A stretch of 64,000 bases of DNA from Hormiphora californensis. Lineage: Eukaryota; Animalia; Ctenophora. Below are positions 12,001-44,450 of this stretch, piece after piece. Location of the stretch: NCBI GenBank assembly GCA_020137815.1, contig CM035352.1, forward strand, positions 6,944,001-7,008,000, read 5' to 3'. Positions within the stretch are counted from its first letter, which is position 1; the number at the start of each line of letters is the position of its first letter. Both the position numbers and the translations under genes were made by a program. Under the pieces are notes generated by a model, which did no database searches, was not told the DNA's origin, and was given only the letters and a program-made list of their open reading frames with translations.

Positions 12001-15000
12001 GTTGGTGACAGGGGACTATCAACCTACCAAACACTCACTGGACATTGGAACTAGGTAAAATGTTACATTTCTGGGTGACAAGTCCCTTATAGATCCTGCT
12101 CTGTTTGGGCTCCCAGACTGATATGTGATGGTTCAAAGGTTCAAATTTTACCCCACATAATAGTAACTCAATAGTCAATATCTCCTTGTAGGATCGTGAG
12201 TTCTGAAGATGTCATCCTGGAACTTGTTAGTGTGTGTATTCACCGTCTGGTGGCCCAGTGGGGTAAAGGTCAGGTCGTTATTCTAGCAGGGCCCACGGAG
12301 TCACCAACCCTCTCTAACTTCCTATCTCAAAGGTATTACACGGGAATCTTCTCATCGGGACATCACATACATTCGATCTCTTCGAAGCTTTCGAGAACAT
12401 ATGATATTTGTATTTGGTGATGACATCCCCTCTTATGGGGCTGCAAGTGTAAGGGTGCCCGCGTCACCGATACTTCTATTTGAATTCCTATATACAATTT
12501 CAGAGGGTTAGCAGTTCGGACTGTGGACCTCTCTGATGATCCCCACCCCACCATGTACCCGGGGGAGTGTGCTGTTGTTCCCAATAGAAACGGGTACCTT
12601 GCCGAAACGCTGGCTAATGTGACCAGGTATGTGCTGTGAATGCGGTTGCTCGACCGAGCCACACACCACAGAGTGCAGTCTGTGTGAGATACATCAGGAA
12701 CCAGCTTCAAATAATTGAGAATGGGTGCTTACTTGTATCATGTACCCAAATTTTTTCTTATCAGGTGTGGTAAAGTCATCAATTTGGTCCTAAATAAAGA
12801 AGCAGAGAAAGACCAAGGAATGAATTACCTGCTAAAAAATATTACAAGTAAGTAGCTCAGAATTTGATTATTAAAAACGAGTCAGCGCCGCCAGACAATT
12901 GCTTCTAGGTTCCTTTTGGCGGATTTTGCAGTCAGTATGAAAAACTTAATAAAACAATTAAAACTAATATTAATTTCAGTTGTCAACTTCAATCTGGCCG
13001 ATATAAAGTGTCCTAGTAACTGGTCCGCCATCCGCAAATCCCTCTCCCCCGAGTCTGAAGAGCCTGCTGCTGGGGACGACGCCCCAGATCAGGGTAAGTT
13101 GAATGTTGATATTATAGAGCACGCCCAGGCCTCTGATCCCTCACAGCGGTCAGCACGGGCCGTTGCCTACGGGCGCGCGAACAATGAACATGGGGGGCGC
13201 GACGTGCCCAACACGGGCCGCGGCGGTCAATCTGTGAGCGCCACTCAGTTCTGGGGAACAGTAGAACCTATCAGTATCATTCAGGTCAACAACGTTTCAA
13301 ACTTTTCAACACTACTTTAAACAAATTAATTTGAGGCGGCACCCCCCCTCAAATCATTTGCAGCTATGTCCGATGATGCAGGAATAGTGGAGAAAGTGTT
13401 AGCAGACCTGAGGACAGCGGTCGGAGTCAAGGGTTCGAAAGTTGTCGAGGTGTACGAGTTTGAGGATACCCATCAGCAGAACGTCAAACGGATTGAAGCG
13501 AAGACTCTGCCTGAACTGAAACCGGTATGTAAGGTTCTGGGAGTACCGCTAGTTGGACGGGACGGGAGCACTCGAACTAAGCCGGTGTTGGCAGACAAAA
13601 TCGTACTCCAGTTAGAGGGTTTGTTTCCCATTGAATGCCAGGACTGCGGGGACAAATACAGGATCGAAATTGGGAAAAAACCCATAATGAGGTGCTTTTT
13701 GTGTGGGCAAGGGGCTCATGCATGTAAATTCTCAGCAGAGGGAACCAGGAAGGGGTCTGTATGGATTTGTATCTGCTGCTGGAAGAAAAATGAGGAGAAC
13801 ACCGACAGGGAAGATACCAAGGAGGAGAAAGAAGAACCCTTAACAGTAAAACAGGATGAAACTGTCGAGGGGGAGGAAACAGAAGAGAAAGAGGAGGAGG
13901 AGGAAGGTGAAGGTGAAGAGAAGAAGGACGATGAGAAGAACACTACCGTTGCTGGAGACAAGACTATGGAAATTAGCCCAGGAAATGTATGTAATTACTA
14001 CCTGAACAAAGTGTGTCGACATGGCAGGAATGGAGACCAACTGGTGAATGGAAAAGCTTGCCCAAAACTTCACCCGGTTTTGTGCAAGAAATTCTGCCAT
14101 TACGGAGGCTCCAAGCGGTATGGCTGCATCAAGGGAAGTTTATGCAAATTTTATCATCCAGTTCTCTGCAAGGGTTCTGATGCTAGAAGGCAGTGCTACG
14201 ACAACCAGTGCAAAATGACTCATTTGTTGCACACCAGGAGAGTGAGGGAGGACACCCAGGACTCTTGGAGAACAGAGGAGAGGAACCGGAAATCCTTTAC
14301 TCATGCGGTTGAGGCGGCAGACACTGCGTTTAGACCCAAGCGACAGAGGAACATGACAGGACCAGAGAAGCGAGGGGAACCAGTCACCAAGGAATTTCTC
14401 CTAGAAACGCTGGGGAAAATCAAGACTGAACCTCCTCGTAAAGAGATACAGAAGGAGAAGAGGAACGAGCCCATTACAAAGGATTTTTTATTAAATATCC
14501 TGGAGGACATGAAAGCAGAAATAAAGCAATCAGTGGTCCTACAGTTGATGGAGTTCAAGACTCAAGTGGTGGATCCAGTGGCGGGGAGCAAAGTACCTGT
14601 TTGGGGGTCAGCAGGAGTGCACCCAATGTTTCACAGTTTCACCTCTTAAACGCCAGAAGTTTTTGTCCATCAGAGGAGTCCACCTGGAAACTTGAGGTGG
14701 TACGTGATATGGTGGATGCAGAGACCACCCCTGTAGCGTTTCTAGGAATAACGGAAACCTGGTGGAGAGGGTATATGGCGGAGGCCCAGCTGCAGATTTC
14801 CGGATATAACCTGGTGAGATGTGACAGGAAGGGTAGGATTGGAGGAGGATGCGCCCTCTACATCCATTCTAGCCTCGCTATATCGGACCAAGTGGAGTAT
14901 TCCGACAACAGTAATAACCTAGTGGCGGCCTACATGGGCGCAACCCACTCAATAGCGGCAGTTGTGTATCGTGCAGGGTCGGACTCAACAGATTTTCAGG

Positions 15001-18000
15001 AACTGGTGAATAAACTGCAGACATTTGTAGAATTGCATAGCCAGGATAAAACCGTACCGGATATTTGGGTGATGGGTGACTTCAATCTCCCACTCCTCAA
15101 ATGGAAAGGAGGGGTACGGGAAACAGTTGACCTACCTCTGTATAATGTTCTAGGTCATTTTGTAGACAATAACTCACTAAGTCAAATGGTTAATTTTCCT
15201 ACCAGAGGGGAGAACGTCTTGGATTTGGTACTAACCAACCGTCCCGATTATGTCCTTTCAACCAAGTGTGAAGACCTGGGGATTTCTGATCACGACATGG
15301 TTACATGCACCTTGACATACAATAGTACGGAGAAGCCCCCCAGGGAAAATAGGGATAGGTCGGAATTTGCGGAGCTGAATCTTCTGAAGGCAGACTTCGA
15401 CAGGCTAAACACTGTTTTCGACGAAGTGGACTGGGATCAGCTACATCGTTTGTGTACAGAATCGGAAGACGCTGATGCTGAATTCTTAGAGTTAGTAAGG
15501 CTCACTGTTCTTCAGGTATGCAAGATCTTCACTGTGCCGAAGCGATGGAAGGAGAAACGGAAGGACAAAATCCTCCGGCACCTCCGCAGTCGGAGAAGAA
15601 AGTTGAATAGGAGAATGGTACATGCAAGAGGCAAGGCGAAGCTCAAATTTGAGGAGCTAGTCGGCAGAGTCACGCTTGCTATTAAAGGGCATGTGAAGGA
15701 AAAACAGCAGAGTGAGGAAGAACGAGTCGCTTCTGCAGTTAAAGATAAATCCTAAGTTTTTCTACAGTCATGCAAAGTCGCTGTCTAAGGTCAAATCAAC
15801 AGTGGCACCCCTAGCGAGAAAGGATGGATCGCTTACTACTGACCCAAAGGAAAAAGCTGAGATCTTACAGAGTCAGTATGTGAAAGTTTTCAGCGATCCT
15901 TCAGAGGTAGATCCTGAAAAGGCAGTGGAGCACATCACAGAAGAGGAAGCTGAGATAAGCGACATCAGCTTTACGAAGGAGGACATAGAGCGGGCACTAA
16001 AGGAACTCAAACCGAACTCAGCGGCCCCTCCTGGTGATATCCCGGCCATCGTTCTGAAGAATTGCCGCCAAACGTTATCCTATCCAATATGGGTTATATG
16101 GCAGTCTTCGTTTCAGTCTAGTACAATACCTGCCGTTATGAAGGAACAGTTCATTTGCCCCATCTTCAAGAAAGGTGACCGATCAATACCTGGAAACTAT
16201 AGACCAGTTTCCCTAACGTCTCACCTTTCCAAAACCTTTGAGAGAATTGTCAGGGATCACCTAACGGAGTTCCTGGAGAGGGCAGAGCTGCACTGTAATG
16301 GTCAACATGGGTTCAGGAAAGGGAGAAGTACTATGACCCATCTTCTCGCCCATATCGACAGAGTTCTCAAACATCTGACGGACAACAACGAAGTCGATGT
16401 GCTTTACCTAGATTTCCAAAAAGCATTCGACCGAGTTGATATTGGGGTCTTACTGAGAAAATTACAAAGATATGGCGTGAGAGGAAAGCTACTTGCTTGG
16501 ATAAAGGAATTCCTCACCAATAGGAAGCAAGCAGTACTAGTGGATGGAGAGCAGTCTCGGTGGGAATGGGTCATCAGCAGTGTGATCCAGGGAAGCGTGC
16601 TGGGACCTATCCTGTTCTTGTTCTACGTAATTGACTTGAAAGAGTCGTTGTCAAGCGCTGACGCCCTGTCCTTTGCTGACGATACGAAACTTATACAGGT
16701 AATACGGACCCTACTAGACCAGGCTGAACTTCAGAAGGACCTAGGAAGTGTCACTCAGTGGTCAGTCAACAACAACATGAAGCTCCACGAGGATAAGTTT
16801 CAATTGGTTAATTATTCGCTTGGTAGATCAAAGTTGTTGAGAGAACTACCCTTCACTGCAGAAACGTTATCCTATGTTACAATGGGAGGAACCGTGGTGG
16901 ATCCAGAGCAGCATGTAAAAGACCTGGGGGTCTGGCTATCTTCGGATGGTACCTGGACTCATCATATTGGCGATATCGTAAGGAGAGCTAACATGATTTC
17001 AGGATGGATCTTCTGTGCATTCAGGAGTAGGTCACCAGAAGTACTACTAACCTTGTACAAGGCGTTAGTCCGGCCCATACTAGAATACTGTTGCCTGGTG
17101 TGGTATCCAACGAAAATCGGGGATGATCAAATGGTGGAAAACGTTCAACGGGCGTTCACTCGGAAGATCCAAGGGATGAAGAATCTGGACTACTGGCAGC
17201 GGCTAGAGGCGCTTGACCTTATTTCCCTCCAGAGAAGACGCCAGAGATATGAGTTAATCCACGTTTGGAAGATCTATCAGGGACTTGTTCCCAATTGTGT
17301 TGAGATGGAGTTCCAGACGGGTCGGTTGGGAGTACAGGCGAAAACCCAGAAATATCCTTACTGGGCAGAATCCAAACGGGCAAACCAACTGTATAACTCT
17401 TTCGGCTTCAGGGCACCTCGGTTATGGAATAAACTCCCTCGAGAGGTTACTCTTTCAGAAACACTTCCTGGGTTCAAGGCAAACCTTGGTGCGTTCATGA
17501 AGGAATTCCATGACAGACCACCGGTGCGTGGCTATATGACGGTCCCTAATGAGTTTCGAGAGGCAGAAAGGAAGAGCGTTGTGTGAAGCTGTATATGTTG
17601 TTTGCTGCTGACGCTGTTTGTGTTTTACTTTGAGTTAGAGACTGTAAATAGACAATTTGACAAAGGAGGACCCACGAGATTGGAATTTCTGCACTTTATG
17701 TTTGTATTGTGTGTAATTTATTTGAACTTGAACTTGAACGTTCTCTCCATCTCTCCATCTCCAGCGCGCGCCACAAAAATTCTAAATGTCACTTGAAAAT
17801 TCACTGAAATTTCAATTTTGGATGAATAGTGGGGGGGGGGGGGGGGGGGGCGGCCAACATCGGCCTGAATATAAATAGTGTAGACACTTAACAACGTCAA
17901 CAACAATAATCATGCCCTCCTTTCTTCAGATACGTGGTCACTTGCAGCATACACCAAAGACCCCTTTGTTCGACGAGCTATAGAAGACTTCTTCCGTTAC

Positions 18001-18198
18001 AAAACAAGCTACTCCTTAACAACAGGGAGCTCATTTGAAGACCAGGAGGGAGATAGTGTGATCCTCAGCTCGGGGTCTCGTGAAATGGTCGATGTTAAGA
18101 TTGCACCCAACAATATATCCGCCCTCTTGGCGTGGATGGAGAGCACTTTCAAGGGACTGAAACCACCCATTTCAACTAGAATATTGTTTGAAACGTGA
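31..18198 (+). CDS. FASN: Animal type I fatty acid synthase-like / PKS gene, 5'-partial, multi-exon (KS-MAT-degenerate DH-divergent C-terminus)
   Basis: GT/AG exons in a continuous frame: ~31-124, 276-452, 569-765, 883-987, 1138-1284, 1457-1639, 1762-1963, 2165-2298, 2422-2580, 2753-2903, 4199-4417, 4520-4783, 5795-5896, 6052-6184, 6569-6667, 6879-7030, 7166-7294, 7447-7635, 7881-8046, then less certain 11748-12054, 12192-12268, 12504-12626, 12765-12847, 12980-13093, 17930-18198 (TGA). KS motifs [37 protein letters not shown]; MAT motifs GLGSQW, GHSLG, AFHH. Orthology to FASN itself is not established. Confidence 0.85.
2911..4109. mobile_element. Non-autonomous Tc1/mariner-like element (long-TIR MITE) in FAS intron
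   Basis: CAGGGTGTCCCACTG...CAGTGGGACACCCTG termini, ~370-bp TIRs (mirror ORFs 2950+ and 4070-), TA duplication on both sides. Confidence 0.9.
4947..5769. mobile_element. Foldback/MULE- or Merlin-like MITE with G7/C7 termini
   Basis: GGGGGGGCCGGCTGAAG...CTTCAGCCGGCCCCCCC, subterminal (TTTTTGAAG)n/(CTTCAAAAA)n arrays, 8-bp TSD CTCAAACT (4939-4946, 5770-5777). Superfamily assignment is an inference. Confidence 0.8.
7001..7114 (+). repeat. ~38-bp tandem repeat x3 duplicating an FAS exon end and its GTGAGT donor
   Basis: cagttaacacacgttaacattcataacacggtgagtgg repeated three times with few changes. Confidence 0.85.
8075..10095 (+). repeat. ~20-25-bp minisatellite (GGGTTACTATGGAAACATGG), interrupted by a DNA transposon at 8465-9854
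   Basis: Repeat units visible at 8075-8460 and ~9860-10095, including a short inverted stretch at ~9870-9945. Confidence 0.9.
8465..9854. mobile_element. Long-TIR non-autonomous DNA transposon with TTAA TSD (Kolobok-like GG..CC ends)
   Basis: TTAA|GGGTACGCTAACC...GGTTAGCGTACCC|TTAA; ~600-bp near-perfect TIRs with ~180-bp spacer (mirror ORFs 8782- and 9537+). Confidence 0.88.
10451..11416 (+). CDS. Single-exon divergent rhodopsin-like 7TM GPCR nested in an FAS intron
   Basis: 321-aa ORF with seven hydrophobic segments, N-terminal NDT sequon, TM2 [12 protein letters not shown] (cf. N..l.nLa.aDl), TM3 end LTVLRVLCV (DRY-equivalent Arg), TM4 Trp, basic helix-8-like tail. Confidence 0.8.
   Translation: MILIPPPSAINDTLLEDDDDITERQIKSVLKILLPVLAGLSIPPSLVNIILLLNFGIFTAPSNILYLNLILLDLINSYLALTLTLNNLDVDKVWSRFNATLYLFSFDAYIVLLLGLTVLRVLCVKMSALSVLHNLHLVSRGTVVMAAVWGVFMVVYPRLVPVDDDTKQPDVIWFLWCDIGEILMVLAAVILALYTWARVRYVYTSCHTYKAATYTCMLLVLNYMISYSWYFVLNMGRFYYTIIDKDVPDSGLFVLLFFKKNNSVIIGIAFMAAQTLCLNLILLWQDKARGTLRKYGLMCWSDVKRKVQNFGQDSMLYTRLE
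13299..13335 (+). other. Spliced-leader (SL) exon sequence at the 5' end of the CR1-like LINE
   Basis: AAACTTTTCAACACTACTTTAAACAAATTAATTTGAG, identical to 55547-55583; matches my recollection of the ctenophore SL exon; not followed by a GT donor, so not an SL RNA gene. Confidence 0.8.
13366..14649 (+). CDS. LINE ORF1 with PHD-like and CCCH-type zinc fingers
   Basis: 427 aa; CQDC..CFLC..HAC..WICICC cluster, acidic linker, repeated C-x-C-x-C-x3-H motifs (e.g. CKKFCHYG...[11 protein letters not shown]), helical C-terminus. Confidence 0.8.
   Translation: MSDDAGIVEKVLADLRTAVGVKGSKVVEVYEFEDTHQQNVKRIEAKTLPELKPVCKVLGVPLVGRDGSTRTKPVLADKIVLQLEGLFPIECQDCGDKYRIEIGKKPIMRCFLCGQGAHACKFSAEGTRKGSVWICICCWKKNEENTDREDTKEEKEEPLTVKQDETVEGEETEEKEEEEEGEGEEKKDDEKNTTVAGDKTMEISPGNVCNYYLNKVCRHGRNGDQLVNGKACPKLHPVLCKKFCHYGGSKRYGCIKGSLCKFYHPVLCKGSDARRQCYDNQCKMTHLLHTRRVREDTQDSWRTEERNRKSFTHAVEAADTAFRPKRQRNMTGPEKRGEPVTKEFLLETLGKIKTEPPRKEIQKEKRNEPITKDFLLNILEDMKAEIKQSVVLQLMEFKTQVVDPVAGSKVPVWGSAGVHPMFHSFTS
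14601..17586 (+). pseudogene. CR1 ORF2 (APE endonuclease + reverse transcriptase) with one frameshift near 15740
   Basis: APE motifs LNARS, ITETW, MGDFN, SDH; RT motifs [38 protein letters not shown]. Removing one A in GTTAAAGATAAATCCT restores the frame as VKINPKFFY. Confidence 0.88.
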
Positions 18199-18771
18199 TT
18201 TTTGTTGGCTGCGAAAAATCGCGCGCGAAAAAGAGGGCGCGACGTGCCCAATGATTTTTGAGAGGTTGAGGCATCATTTAGTTAATTAGTGTTCCGATAT
18301 TATTGTATTTTGACGCATTAAATTAACTTGTTTGATTTTGCAAACATAGAAACGGTAAAACTGCTACTATAAATGCGAACGCGAATAAATATAAAATGTG
18401 CTGCTTATATAAGCCGCGCGTGAAAATTACGTTTGACGCGACGCGCAATGAAATTCATCGGGAAAAATATCCGCGAATAGAACTCGCTAAAATTTTCTGT
18501 TTCTCTCCCGATTTTTTCATTTTTGTTGAATTTCACGTCTGCAGTCTGCTGTCGGCTTGCAGATCCTGGACCCTGCTTGCGGGGGCTCTACACCCTACAT
18601 CCCCACTGGGGATTATCCCCTTATGGGGTGATTCAGCCCTGACCGGGGCTGTCGCGAGCGCAGCTGAAAGCCAGGCACCACCCCTGGGCCCTGGCTGTCG
18701 CAAGCCCTTCTAGGTTTAAAATTAACTTAACTAAACTTTTAAAAACTCAATTTTAACACAGGTTTGGTCCC

Positions 18772-19966
18772 ATGAGTGTTCCAAACCCGGATGACGACAA
18801 TGCGTTTCGCAAAATAATGACAACTGCTCCCGGCGATCTGCCCAAAGGTAAAGTTAAAGGGACTAGGGGCTTGCCGCGTCTCTTCCTTTTAATGGTTGTT
18901 ATTAAAAGAGTTTTGAATAATCAGTCTCAATTTATTCAGGAGCAAAACGTCAACAATCGTGGATGGAGACTCTACGGCGAAGTGCGTCTGTGAATGAAAC
19001 TGATCGATTGATAGATTGTCCGAGTTGTCGGGGAACTGGCATGAAGGAAGTTTCTAATGAACTGGTGACTATTAAATTGAGCAGGGTCTTTGAAAACAAA
19101 CAAACAAACTATTACATTGTCGATACATACTGAATTAGATATATGAGTCACATTGTGACTGTCACGTCACATTTACTAAACACTTCAGGTTGCACTGATA
19201 CCATTACAACGATGAAAGATTGAAACCCCGAAGGATCAAGTTGAAAATAGCCATTGCACTGCTAATTTGTTCAGTTCTTCTCGGAGTTGTTACGTACATT
19301 CTACTTCCGGGGAAGGTTTTCATCACAATCACCGATCTAACGCTAAAGAGGGCGGACATCGCCAAACCGTGGTCACTACAACCCAATGCAGTTAACAGCA
19401 ACAGTACCCTTACATGGCAGCTCCTCACTAATGTCACAAACAAAAACAGATTTCTACCTGTCACAATAGAGCAAACTAATGTTACCTTAAAACGAATTGT
19501 AAGTCGAATAAATGTTGCAATTCTCTAACTTACTAACTTCTGCCGCTATTTGTTGTTTCTAGCCCGAAGATAATCAATTTTTATCGTATCGAACTATTGA
19601 GCTAACACCATCACACCCCACACCCAGAGTAGAGAGATGGTGATAGTAGGGGTGCAACAGCTTGGAAACTATACAGTCAGCGCGGCCGCTACTGACACCC
19701 ACAACTACGAGTTTCTAAACACCACTGGATACAGCGACATAGCACTCAACTGTATGTGCTGTGTTAACTACCAAGCGTTCGATAGCGTTGTCATGGTAGT
19801 AACGACCACAATTCGGTACAGTCTCCAGCTCTTTGGTATGTCGTATTATTTTTCTTTTGCCAGTGACGAGTCAATAAAATCGGACAATTGTAACTTTTTA
19901 ACTGAGCTTGACAAGAATAAGACAATTAGTTGCTCCATCTACAACTTCTGTAGCATGGACCCGTGA
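18772..19966 (+). CDS. TMEM106: TMEM106-family membrane protein (two apparent frameshifts)
   Basis: Exons ~18772-18847, 18940-19064, 19189-19498, 19563-19966; CPSCRGTG..ELVALIP[+T]YNDERLKPRRIKL matches the TMEM106 CPTCQGTG..LVALIPYSDQRLRPRRTKL signature; single TM followed by a domain rich in N-glycosylation sequons. Confidence 0.8.
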
Positions 19967-20054
19967 GGGGTTATTGAGGTCATTATGGACCCGTGAGGTT
20001 CATTGAGGTCATTTTGGACCCGTGAGGTTCATTGAGGTCATTATGGACCCGTGA
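19954..20054 (+). repeat. ~29-bp tandem repeat spanning the TMEM106 stop codon
   Basis: ATGGACCCGTGAGG..ATTGAGGTCATT repeated about 3.5 times. Confidence 0.8.
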
Positions 20055-20366
20055 ATCGTGATTAGGTTGTACCTCATTGAGGTTTCTAATTGGTGGAGGT
20101 GGGATGTGGGAGGTGTATTTATGACAGGGTGAATTGTTTGTGTTTTTGTCTGTTTTAATTGTGTCAGAATTTTAAAGTTTTAAAAAGCTTTTTTCCAACA
20201 AAGATTTCACACTAAAAGATGTTTGTAAATCATGATCCATAAACTCAACAATTTATTCCACTACATACAAATTACATATTGAATTACTCAACTAATTATT
20301 CCACTTGACATGTGTAGATCATGATTGAATTACTCAACTAATTATTCCACTTGCCATGTGTAGATC

Positions 20367-41977
<21,611 letters not shown>

Positions 41978-42201
41978 CGATAAAAGGGTAGCCAGTCTAC
42001 CAAATTATGATGTGTTTCGTGTGTCTGATTAACCAATTTATGTTTCTAACATCTAAGTATTTTATTATTTCCCCGAAGAGTCGCTTGGAATTGGATATTT
42101 CTTTATGCGCCAAGTTTGATATATCCAAAGTGTGGCAAATCTGGATACGTTTTTATAGATTAATTATCCCACTATTAGTATTTAGTATATTTTAGGAGGT
42201 A

Positions 42202-43078
42202 CAGGGGTGGGCATAAAAAATGTCCGCCCTAGACTAGCATGGTTCCAGATATTGTAGAGCGCTAAAATTTGGCAGAGTTACTCTATGGGACAAATAAATA
42301 GGTTGACCAAAATTTCAGACTTTTAGCTCAAAGTTCATTTTTTGATCGGAATGAACATTGTCATTCATTCCAAAAAAACATAAACTTTTGCTCCAGAAGT
42401 CAAACAATTGTCTTTGGCTATCGAATTTCTTTCAAATGCGACCAAGAAAATCAAACACAGACAACCACAAGGCACACAGTGATCATGTTTCTGGCAGTTA
42501 GTCAGGTCATGTGATCCTCACCGAATCGTGGACAACTTTCTGAATTGCTGGTCAGGCTTATTGGGGAAGAATCACGTATCATAGCCGCTAATGAGGAATG
42601 TGTATCGAAAAAGCGACATGTGATTCGAGAGCACTGGAATAAAGAGGCCACTTGTTAATGAGTCTCGGATCTCATGGCCAATCATCTTCGTCATCCCTCA
42701 TTGGCGGCTGTGATACGTGATTCTCCACCACTAATCCTGATTAGCAATTCAGAATAGTCCACGATTCGATAGGGATCACGTGACTTGACTAACTGTCGGA
42801 AACATGACCTCTGTGTGCCTTGTGTTTGTCCGTTTTCGATTTTCTTGGTCGCATTTGAAAGAAATTCGATAGCCAAAGACAATTGTTTGACTTCTGGACC
42901 GAAAATTCATGTTTTTTGGAATGACTGACAATGTTCATTCCGATCAAAAAAATGAACTTTGAGCTAAAAGTCTGAAATTTTGGTCAACCTACTATAGAGT
43001 AACTCTGCCAAGTTTTAGCCCTCTACGATATCTGGAACTATGCTAGTCTAGGGCGGACATTTTTTATGCCCACCCCTG
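42202..43078. mobile_element. Tc1/mariner-like palindromic MITE
   Basis: TA|CAGGGGTGGGCATAAAAAATG...CATTTTTTATGCCCACCCCTG|TA, ~400-bp diverged TIRs. Confidence 0.88.
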
Positions 43079-44450
43079 TACAATTCGCAATGAGCGGGAC
43101 TCCTTGTGATATGTTTTTTGTGGTTTTTATAGAACCGAGATTTGATAGGGATCTACTATTTGATAGGGATCTACTACTATTGCCGGAAAGGGAAGTCGTT
43201 AAAGTTTCAATATTATTACTTGTTGTGAACAGATTGATATTTTGTTAGGACAAGATGTAGTTGTGTCCCTCGAGATGTAATGGGACTCCGCCAATATGAA
43301 AACTTGCCTAGTGGCACAGGGATATTATGAAGGGGTCGTTAGTGGGAAGTTGGGTTGAGATGTAGATACAGTTTTACCAAATGTCGCAAAATAATTGATT
43401 TCGTTTCCCCATTTTCATAAAAAGTGTTTTTTATTCGACTTCCTCCCATGAGACATGAGTGTGACAGTGAGTGTGGATGGTGGTCCGTGGTGGTATAACA
43501 AGGTGGCGCCTGGTGTGATAATCAGTGCAATAATCCCCTGAATTACTCAGTGAATATGTGAGTGCCATGATCACGACCATCATAGTTTTTCAAATCTGCA
43601 CAGGTACAGGTGGCACTCATGACTCACAAAGACACACAAAGGGACAAGTGGTGTTTGATTAACTTAGCTCAAGTTAGAAACAACCCAGGTCACGACCCGA
43701 CCTGAGCTGAGTTAGTGGTCACGACTGGCCACGGTTTTCTCCACATGAGAATGGTTCATGCCCTCTGACAGGGTCCCTATCTGTCTAGCGCCGCCCTGTC
43801 AGGGCATTAGCCTGACAGGCGCCGCGGGCCGCCAGAAGAAGGTCGTGCACGATCGTGAACTTTTTCCTCTGTCGCGGGGGACGAATGATCGGATTTCCCA
43901 CGGTCACCGAGGGAGGGATGCGCGCACAGAATTTGGCGCCACATGTTCCATCGTTGTGTCATTGTCGCGCGTTACGTCCAAACTTTCCGATCCTCACCTG
44001 TTCTCTTCTTCTTACCTCGCCGTACCATCTCCAGACCCCATCACGCCAACATCCCCACACCAGATGCTGGCGTGTTTTACCGTAATTAGTTGAACAATTC
44101 AGACAATCGTTTCCCACCATGCAATGTAGTTACGGAGTAAAATGACAGTAATAGAGAAAAGTAAAACATATTTCACTTCTATCTCAATAGTCCACTGTTT
44201 AGTTTAAGTCTGTGTCACATTCTCGGAATTAATTACCCAATCAATGCACACGTACAGAGTTTATCGTGGCCTCATCAGAGGGAGAAAAAAGCGGTGAAAA
44301 TAGGCAGCCCAATCACAATATTATACCACAAACATACACTATCATCAGATTATACAGTTAGAACGACATTTCAAAAAGTAAACTAAACTGCTAAAAACAA
44401 AAGAGGGTTAAACACTGTTTTAACACTGTTAAACACTGCTAAAAAGAGAG

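Larger units (their letters stand above)
13294..17740 (+). mobile_element. Full-length CR1-clade non-LTR retrotransposon in the last FAS intron
   Basis: ORF1 plus APE-RT ORF2, short 3' UTR ending in (TTGAAC)3, AACGTT at both junctions (13291-13296, 17737-17742), 5' end starts with the SL sequence. Confidence 0.9.

Noticed and set aside
13299-13335. SL RNA gene (also 55547-55583)
   Set aside because: The exon is followed by GC or AT rather than a GT donor and SL intron, and the two downstream sequences are unrelated LINE 5' ends.
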